Of a stretch of 64,000 nt of DNA, positions 54,903 through 64,000 are shown in pieces; the stretch's first letter is position 1; every line of letters begins with the position of its first letter. Made by a program: the position numbers and the translations under genes. Source of the stretch: Macrostomum lignano (taxonomy: Eukaryota); assembly GCA_002269645.1 (NCBI GenBank), contig NIVC01000658.1, positions 124,001-188,000 of the forward strand. Direction: 5' to 3'. The notes under the pieces were generated by a model. That model was given only the letters and a program-made list of their open reading frames with translations. It did not search any database and was not told where the DNA came from.

Positions 54903-56072
54903 ATGACAAACCACTTGCTGATCATTTCCACGCTTCTGAGCGTTGGCGCAATGACTAATGGTAAGAATTTATAACTTGCAAAATTAGACTGCAAGAAATT
55001 TACTGGTTGTACATGGACATGCATTGTTGAAAAGTCGCTGGGCATTGCAGCGTCACTTGAGACAAAACTGAACGTTCCGAACCCTGCAGACTGCGGCAGC
55101 CGATTCCTCCCTCTCGACCGGAGCAGCTGCGATGCCTCATCGATGCTGCCTGCTCTAGTCTCCGCAGCCTTCATCTGTAGTCGGCAGTGCTCGCTGAATC
55201 CCCTCTGCAGGCTGGCCAAGTTGTCTCACACCGGAGCCTGCAAGCTGGTGATGGACTCGGAGGCGCTCAGCTTCACGGTGTCAGCTGGAGAGTGCGCGAT
55301 GCTCAGGATCGGTGAGTACTTGAGTCAGAACAGACTGAACGAGGGATTGTCGAATGTTCCATTGTCTGAACTCTGCCCTTCTACTTAAAGTAACTAATAC
55401 ATAAAATCTCAAATGCATTGCAGACTACAACCGCCTGGCGATCCGCGGTCACCGCAAGTTCTTCGTCATCCAACAGCGCAAGAGCGACTCCGTTGACTTC
55501 GTCAGAGGCTGGACCGACTACGTGAACGGCTTCGGAAATGAGGACAACTTTTGGACAGGTATGAGCATTAAGCTACAGAAATCACTGAGTCACAAACTCA
55601 ATCACTGTCAGAGTCCCTTGCAGCTCATACCGACCGACTGTCCATTGACACCGCAGGCCTGCGCTGGATCCACGCCCTGACCCGGCCGGTGGGCAGAACC
55701 ATGCGAATGGAGGCTGTCAGGTTCAACGGCATGAGCTACCACTGCGAGTACAGCGGCTTCCTGGTGGAGGGCCCCGACACTGGCTACGCCCTGCAGTACG
55801 GCAGCCTGCTGCTCAGCAGCTCCAATGTTTCTGTAGACTCGCTCAGTGCACACAGGGGAATGAAGTTTCAGACAACTGACGCCAACTGCAATGGTTACTG
55901 CTGCGCTAAAGTAAGAAGTGGTACCGGATGGTGGTTCAACTACTGCGAGACCTGCAATCCAAATGGGATCTACTACAGCGGAGGCGAGAGAAACGGGACT
56001 GACTACGTCCACTGGGACGCTGTTGGATTTGAAATGTCGCTGAAAGAGATTCGACTGATGGTTGAACTGTGA
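54903..56072 (+). CDS. PAN-FReD copy 4: 310 aa; exons 54903-54960, 54988-55311, 55424-55558 and 55657-56072
   Basis: Near-exact inverted duplicate of copy 3; 933-nt spliced frame; GT-AG phase-1 introns. Confidence 0.82.
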
Positions 56073-59000
56073 ATAATGTCGCTTGAGACATAACAGATTT
56101 AGCTGATGAGACATAGCTGCTGCAGTAGAATTCAGTTTTTTAGGCCTGTTAATCTTTGCGCAGGGCTTTACGTACTGCAGATTCCCGTATTGTTCCGTTG
56201 GTAACTTGGCAAGTGTTTTAGTCTGTCTTTGTTAAAATGGAGCTATTATTTTGAGAAGTTTCTCAGTAAACTGTATTTTGAAGTAAAAGGAAATAATATT
56301 CGAATTGTGTAAGGCTAGAGCCAAGTTTATGTACTGTATAAATATTTCACGACGATGCTATTGATTAAGAACTTCACTACATCTGCACGAACCTGAAATA
56401 CATGACTAAATGAAGCTGCACAAGCGAAAATGTTATCCTAGACGTTCCGTTGAGTTGACGCGCGGAGCCCTGCGGAAGGCACGTGAATTTCACGCTGCTA
56501 GCTCGCACGCGCGATAATTACCATCTCGTTTAAACCTGCGATTACGTACCTGATTCAAGGCTGGCAAATAGAATTAAATATTTTTTGGAGAGAAGATATT
56601 GTTGGACCATGAAAGCGGCGCGGTCTATCGCTTCCCAATGAGTTTCTTAGAAAGTCCAAACAAATGAAACGGATGAAGACGGATTGTGCATGGTCCAATT
56701 GATCTAGAGTGTCTCATGTGACGTAACCGATCGGGCTGCACGAGAATGCATGTACTGTCCAAACCGAAAAGTACAGCCGCCAGTCTTCACCCTCTACCTT
56801 TGTCCACCTTTGGATAGTGCGGTAGCTGACCTTTGTCCTTTCTTCAGCAATTGTCTAAGCAAATTACACTGCAATAGTGCAAAGTACACGTACATTTGTA
56901 CAGATCAAGGACTATATGTAAGGTACGTATAGGCGTTTCCTCGACTGCCTGGATTCGGCCGGCGGCCTGGCGTTCATTCGTGACCTGACCCTGAGGCGCA
57001 CCCTGAGACGCTGAACGCGTATTCTGTTATTTTTGTTGTTGTTGTAGATAGGCCAGCATAGCATACTCGTAGTTGTCCAAGCATTGGTAAATAAAAATTT
57101 ATATCTGATTCAAGAAAATCGACAAAAGTACTAAACACTTCTAGTTTCCGACCCTTGCCAAAGCTAAAAAACTTTAAAACCACTGATGGGTTTCGACCTT
57201 TCAGCCCCCTTGTGGGGAAGCCTTCAGGCCTCAGGTCTCAGAAATAAATCAATTAGAGTCCTGGCCCCCACTCCTGTCAGATGGTCAGCCCCATGGTAGG
57301 TCTAGGTCCTATAGCTAAGAGAGGGACAGCGAGAGACAAGCAGGGAGAATTTTGAAGGTAGAAATTAGCTAATCCGCAGACTAAGCTAACTCGCTGCCAC
57401 CATCCCGTACGTCCTGGCTCACCACACCGGGACTCTCGAAATCGGGCTTCCGACTAGAAGGGGCTTTGCACTTACCTGCCAACTAGTGTCTTTTTGCTGT
57501 CAATCTCGAAGTCATAGCCGATGATAAGGGACACTGCTGGGACTAGATCGCATTGGCCATGCAGGTACAGAGGGGACTTGTGCAGGGGATTCTTGCAGTG
57601 GCGAGTCTATGGGGTAGCTACATGTACTATTACATTGCTAAATACGAAGATATGTACTTTTGGCCTTCAACGCGCCAACTAGCCTCTCATAGCGCTGATG
57701 ATAGACTAACTCGAACTTCAGAGACCTCGCATGATTCATTACCCGAGCCGCTTGGCTAACCTAGAGTGCACAAAGTATATCTCTGGCGCCGATTCTGCAC
57801 TTCTGGCAGTTTTGCTCACTGATTTGATTGATTGATCGACTGAGAACCGCCTTGCCATTGGTCCACTGTAGCCTACTAGCTTAGCTACTCATCTGAGCCA
57901 TCGGCGAACAAAGAAATAAAACCGATAAAAATAACTGTCAGATTTAACCTTCTCCTTAAATCACTTCACACTTCAGATTGAATTGGAGTTTCAGACTACT
58001 AGCAGTATTATTAAGTGATTTCTGCCTCAGCAACAGCACTACTGAAGAAAATGAGCAAAAGTGTGCGCCTAATCCAGCTACTGAAACAGGGGACAGACAG
58101 GGAATCACCCAATCAAGCAAGTCTAGGTAGCCTCTCACCCAACCAATCAGAAACCCGACAGCCGGAGACCAGGTAATCCACAGTGACCGAATCGGCTTGA
58201 TGCTCTGTAGCTGTAGACTCGGGATGATGCTGTCACAGTCTTCGCAGATAGCTAGCAGGTGATGCTCTTCGTTTGATGTTCGCTGCTGATGACCGGGGGA
58301 TTCGTCCTTAATGATGATGGGGGAAGTCGCAATCCGGGGATCAAGAAACGACGGTCGCGCTCCGGGATGTCTCAAGCTAGGCTAAGGTCCCAGGAGGTTG
58401 AGGTCCGAGCGGGCCAAAAACACTGGTTTAAATAGCCGCCAACTGGGCCGCAGTTTGTTATAATGGAACACGTCGATTCTGATTGGCTGAGCCGTTTTGT
58501 TAAAATGAGCGTCGAATTTTCTGATTGGCTAAGCTTGTTGCTACCCAGAATCACGTGACCGAGAGATCCTATCAGTTCCCACAGGGTCGTAAAAAGATGA
58601 CAGGTGCGGCCATAAATCACTCACAATCGCAACAAAATGATTTATGACTTTTTGCGTAAGGATTGACAGAAATTAATGAAAAAATATACATTTGAAAGCT
58701 CTTATTAAATAGAAAGTGAAGATAATGAAGAGAAATTGCTAATCGCTAATCCCAAAGTACTTTTAGGGGTAAAACGCATAGCTGTCAAAGCTGTCACACG
58801 CTTGAGTGAACCCGAACAATAGGCTCTGACCTCATAAATCTTGATGGCCTGTCAAAATGATGAGAAAAAAGCTACCGCCCGCATCCTCTCAGACCATCTG
58901 GCGCCAGTCTCAACACTGAGTGAGGCGCAGGTGGCTGTCAGACCAACTTCGGAAGCGATGATTTATGACCCAAAAAGCTATGCCTATGTTATTATGACTA

Positions 59001-60365
59001 CTAGTATGACCAGACATTATATGTAGTATAGATTCCATGACTATTCGCAGAAAAAGGATAAAAATGCCCATTGCCCACTGTTAGTAGGCTAGTAAGTTTA
59101 GAGCCCATGTGCTAGCGCGGGGTTTGGAAAAAAGTGCGTCCTCATCACCACATTAATATATAAAAATGGCATTTACACCGAGCCGTAAAAATTTAACATT
59201 TAGAAGCATACGGAAATTATTTAGATAGTTAAACAAATATTTACGACAATAAAGACAAATAATAAGCTATTTCTGAAAAACGTTTTCTGACAGCAGTATA
59301 TATTTTTATTTTAATTAAAAAAGTTATTAACTGTACAGATTTAATAACAATGGTGTTGTTAAGACAGCTTAACATGATTTTTTCTGACTTAATAACGGTT
59401 CCTCATATTGTAAAACAAGCATTTGAAACAACCGAAGCAAAAAACAGTCAAATGTCTTGTAATTTATTCCGCTCAAATAATTAACCTTTAAATTTTATCT
59501 TTGTTATTCATATTAGTTTCAAATTAATATGTTCAATTTTATCACATAAAAATTAGATATTTCTCTGTCTGTACGTCGATTCATACCGGCGCTTTCATAC
59601 CATTATGGCATTATACAATTTACTCTCATAGATTGATTTGAGAGAAACTACTCTAGTGTCTTCAAAATCTTTAAAAGATTTATACAGGCAAATTTTTTTA
59701 ATCAGGTTTGATATGAAATATAATATAGAAGTGAGCATGGAAACCATTATAGGTTTTTTAAGTGAACAATCGCAAACTTGTTTGTTCAAAACTTCAATAG
59801 TGTTAAGTTTCTCGACATTTAAATAATTAAAATAATGCAAATAATATAAGATATATTGTATGAATCATTTATTTGCTAGTTTTTAATTATGAGAAAAAAT
59901 TACATAATGATAGCATCTTCTAAGCAACTGCTAAATTGTCTACCAATATGTATTAATAGCAACTTTTCATGTCCTAGCTTCAATATTGAGGTGCCAATAG
60001 GAATAATAATAAATGAAAACCTTAAAAATCGAAGTTTAATTTTTTAAAACTCCTTGAAGTAGCAAAAAGGATTGTTAATGTTAATGGACAGGCACAATTT
60101 TCTGTATTCTGAGCTGTGTATCTTTTTGTAAATAAAAAAATAGTCTTGACACATCTTTTGGTGCCAAAATCCTGCATTCTTGATTTTATTATCTCCTGTA
60201 TTTAGACCTTAAAAGTTGAAAAGCGAAATATGTTATTAAACAAAGTTTGTTGTTTATAAACATTTCTACTACTATTGCCATACTCCAAGCAGTAAGGAAC
60301 CAGAGTCATTGTATTGTATTCTAATATATTTTTTTATTTCTTGCCATTCAAAATCTTAACTTCAG

Positions 60366-62351
60366 GCTTGTTACAACGGCTACGAAGGCGAAGCCGCCGA
60401 GCCCGAAGATCGGCTCCAAGCCTATCAAGCTGATGAGCCAGGTGATTTAGAAAAACTACTCTCAAAGAAGTGGCTATCCCCACACAGCTTTTCCACTTTT
60501 CCTTCGTTTTTAGTTACGTTAGACCTATACCCTTCAGAAGTAAAAATAATTTGTTAAAAATAACGGCTCCAGACTCGGCTGAGCAGCGCCAGCAGCCACA
60601 GCAATTCGATCAGACCCGGCACATCGCTGGCAGCTACCAGGCTCTGCTGAAGCGGCCCAAACAGCGGCTGCAGCGGAACTACCTGTCAATCAACAGGGAG
60701 GCGGCCAGGCTGGGCTACGCTTCCCTGCGCCAGGCCAGCGACTTCCGGGCTCTGCGCGGCGGTGCCTCCGGCCCCAGCTGCCCGCCTTCGGCCAACGGGG
60801 ACTCCAACTTGTCGGCTGACGACGAGCTGCAGGCTCCGGCGGCTTCGAGGCAGCAGCAGATGACGAGACAGCTGCCCGTGCCAATGACCTACGGAGTCAG
60901 GACCCAGTGAGTCTTCACTTCGCTTAGTTTTAGTTTGAAGGGGCTTTAGTAACCTTCTAATTTTGGTGAGGGGCGATTTTGGTGAGGGGCGATTTTGGTC
61001 AGGGGTGATTTTGGTCAGGGGTTATTTTGGCCAGGGGTGATTTTGGTCAGGGGTGATTTTAGTCAGGGTATATTTTTGGTCAGGGGTGATTTCGGCCAGG
61101 GGTGATTTCGGTCAGGGTGATTTTGGTCAGGGGGATTTCGGTCAGGGCTTATTTTGGTCAGGGGTTATTTTGGTCAGGGGTGATTTTGGTCAGGGGTGAT
61201 TTTGGCCAGGGGGGATTTTGGCAAGGGGTGATTTTATATCAGGGTGATTTTGGCCAGAGGTGATTTTGGCCAGGGGGGATTTTGGCAAGGGGTGATTTTA
61301 TATCAGAGTGATTTTATATCAGGGTGATTTTGGTCAGGGTGATTTTGGCCAGAGGTGATTTTAAATCAGGGTGATTTTGGTCAGGGTGATTTTGGCCAGG
61401 GTGGATTTTGGCCAGGGGTGATTTTATATCAGGGTGATTTTATATCAGGGTGATTTTGGTCAGGGTGATTTTGGTCAGGAGTACAAGACTTTATGTCGGG
61501 GGTGATATTTGGTTGGATAATTATTTCTGCTAAATTTTAACTAAAGTTAATAAGAAACAAAGGAATCGTAAACTTGGAAGTTGCAAGAAAAGAAAACGAA
61601 CTTCTTTTCATCAAACTCCACTTTTCCAACCCCGCCAAGGTCGGGCGACCCGCTGCACGAGCTGCTGTCGAACCGCTACTTCACCGAGTGGCAGCAGAGC
61701 CGTTTCGACCGACACAGCGTCAAGAGCGCCACCGAAGCAGTCAGGGTGAGTCAAGGAATTTCGATCGCCACTTTGAGCTGCTGAATTCGGTTGTCGAAAT
61801 CAATTATTGGCTATTTGATTTGCCACCCAATTTTGACCCGTTTCAGGCATTGTCATTTTGGTTTATAATTTAGCCAAAGTCTAGTGCTAACTGACGTATG
61901 GTGCAAATGATTGATACAATCAATAATTTCTTTCACCATTCTCACACTCATTCTACACTACTGCTAGTAAAAGTATCATAAAATTACACTCGGATTTTAA
62001 AACTTTATTTGTTAAACTTCACCTAACCTACTGCAAGTAGAAAAATGCGTTTTTCTACTATTTTTGTACCAAAAAACCTTCCAGCCGGACTTCACGCAGC
62101 CGACCATGACTCGGGCGGCGATGCTGCGCCAGCGTCTGCTGCCTGTGGACGCCTCTTACCCGTCGGCACTGCAGACGCAGCAGCAGCAGTTGCCATGGAG
62201 ACTGGCTCGATTCGAACGGTCAGCCCGGCCGCAGCTGGACACGTTCCGCAGCGAGAGAGCGCGCCAGGCGGCTGTGGCAGCGTGGCGGGCCGAGCAGAGC
62301 CACCGTCAGGGCCCCGTGGGGCTGGGAATCTACGCTGCCAGCAGGCGCTAG
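60366..62351 (+). CDS. CFAP77: CFAP77 (C9orf171/DUF4483) ciliary microtubule protein, 3' exons: 60366-60441 (tentative), 60573-60906, 61640-61745 and 62085-62351
   Basis: LQRNYLSINREAARLG, LPVPMTYGVRTQSGDPLHELLSNRY and PWRLARF...QLDTFRSERARQAAVAAW...RQGPVGLGIY align with recalled CFAP77 (RNYIAMNRGAVKAG; MTFGIR..TP..DLL.HRY; W.MPHF...HLDTF...RQG.L..G.Y). Splice phases 1, 2 and 0 are consistent. No start codon identified. Confidence 0.82.
60962..61478. repeat. 15-17-bp minisatellite (GGGGTGATTTTGGTCA)n in a CFAP77 intron
   Basis: Direct reading. Confidence 0.92.
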
Positions 62352-62574
62352 TTGAGGTGAAGGGGATAAAATCCCTTAGCTAATGGTGGAATTTTTCTGA
62401 CAGGAGATTGAAGGTAACTGAGGATTTTTTGTTTCAGTTTTTCAAAAAAAATGGTAATGCTGACTGGCTTTTTATATTTGCTTTACTTCTTGTTATTAAG
62501 TAATCTCCTGTGCATATTTCTGCTTTTAGGGGCAAATTTGTTTCGAGTTGAAGGAAAATTGTTTTTGTTGGAGG

Positions 62575-64000
62575 CTCCGGAATTGAACAATTTGTTGGAT
62601 GGTTAATGAGTCACTCTGGAATTGAATCATTTGGATGGTTAATGAGTCACTCTGGAATTGAATCATTTGGATGGTTAATGAGTCACTCTGGAATTGAATC
62701 ATTTGGATGGTTAATGAGTCACTCTGGAATTGAATCATTTGGATGGTTAATGAGTCACTCTGGAATTGAATCATTTGGATGGTTAATGAGTCACTCTGGA
62801 ATTGAATCATTTGGATGGTTAATGAGTCACTCTGGAATTGAATCATTTGGATGGTTAATGAGTCACTCTGGAATTGAACAATTTGTTGGATGGTTAATGA
62901 GTCACTCTGGAATTGAATCATTTGGATGGTTAATGAGTCACTCTGGAATTGAACAATTTGTTGGATGGTTAATGAGTCACTCTGGAATTGAACAATTTGT
63001 TGGATGGTTAATGAGTCACTCTGGAATTGAATCATTTGGATGGTTAATGAGTCACTCTGGAATTTAACAATTTGTTGGATGGTTAATGAGTCATTCTGGA
63101 ATTGAATCATTTGACTTTTAATGAGTCACTCTGGAATTGAATCATTTGGATGGTTAATGAGTCACTCTGGAATTGAATCATTTGAATTTTAATGAGTCAC
63201 TCCGGAATTGAATCATTTGACTTTTAATGAGTCACTCTGGAATTGAATCATTTGACTTTTAATGAGTCACTCTGGAATTGAATCATTTGACTTTTAATGA
63301 GTCACTCTGGAATTGAATCATTTGACTTTTAATGAGTCACTCTGGAATTGAATCATTTGACTTTTAATGAGTCACTCTGGAATTGAATCATTTGACTTTT
63401 AATGAGTCACTCTGGAATTGAATCTTTTGACTTTTAATGAGTCACTCCGGAATTGAATCATTTGACTTTTAATGAGTCAATCCGGAATTGAATCATTTGA
63501 CTTTTAATGAGTCACTCCGGAATTGAATCATTTGACTTTTAATGAGTCACTCTGGAATTGAATCTTTTGACTTTTAATGAGTCACTCCGGAATTGAATCA
63601 TTTGAATTTTAATGAGTCACTCCGGAATTGAATCATTTGACTTTTAATGAGTCACTCCGGAATTGAATCATTTGACTTTTAATGAGTCACTCTGGAATTG
63701 AATCTTTTGACTTTTAATGAGTCACTCCGGAATTGAATCTTTTGACTTTTAATGAGTCACTCCGGAATTGAATCTTTTGATTTTTAATGAGTCACTCTGG
63801 AATTGAATCTTTTGACTTTTAATGAGTCACTCTGGAGTTGAATCTTTTGATTTTTAATGAGTCACTCTGGAGTTGAATTATTTGATGGTTAATGAGTCAC
63901 TCCGGAGTTGAATTATTTGATGGTTAGTGAGTCACTCCGGAATTGAGTGAGTGAGGTTAGTGAGTCACTCCGGAGTTGAATCATTTGATGGTTAATGAGT
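62575..64000. repeat. 35-39-bp minisatellite (GAGTCACTCTGGAATTGAATCATTTGGATGGTTAAT)n running off the window
   Basis: Direct reading; 36/39-bp variants come first, then 35-bp variants. Confidence 0.96.

Noticed and set aside
57180-57250. Hammerhead-like hairpin with GAAAC on the minus strand
   Set aside because: No correctly placed CUGANGA core, and stems I and III are not evident.
57760-58620. LTR or promoter-like segment (two CCAAT boxes and a TATTTAAA on the minus strand, TGGCGCC nearby)
   Set aside because: No second LTR, TSD or gag/pol in the window, so it cannot be supported.

Overview
Eukaryotic (metazoan) genomic DNA with GC-rich exons and AT-rich introns and spacers packed with minisatellites. 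The style suggests a free-living flatworm such as Macrostomum, but that is inference only. Genes I can support: an intronless DUF4062-NACHT-like NTPase ending in a PHF5-like Cys/His zinc knot (5966-8620, -); a two-exon basigin/neuroplastin-family Ig membrane protein (15998-17416, +); a six-exon Q-rich BICRA/GLTSCR1-like gene (21307-28591, -) with a small antisense gene nested in one intron; four secreted PAN/apple + fibrinogen-domain (FReD) lectin-like gene copies in alternating orientation (35.2-56.1 kb); and the 3' exons of CFAP77 (60366-62351, +). Between the lectin copies lie a degenerate DIRS-type retrotransposon, Penelope-like RT fragments, several MITEs with visible TSDs, and a Polinton/adintovirus-like remnant (pPolB N-terminal fragment plus major capsid gene). 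Most long ORFs in the supplied track are artefacts of tandem repeats. All protein assignments come from motif recognition by eye; no searches were run.
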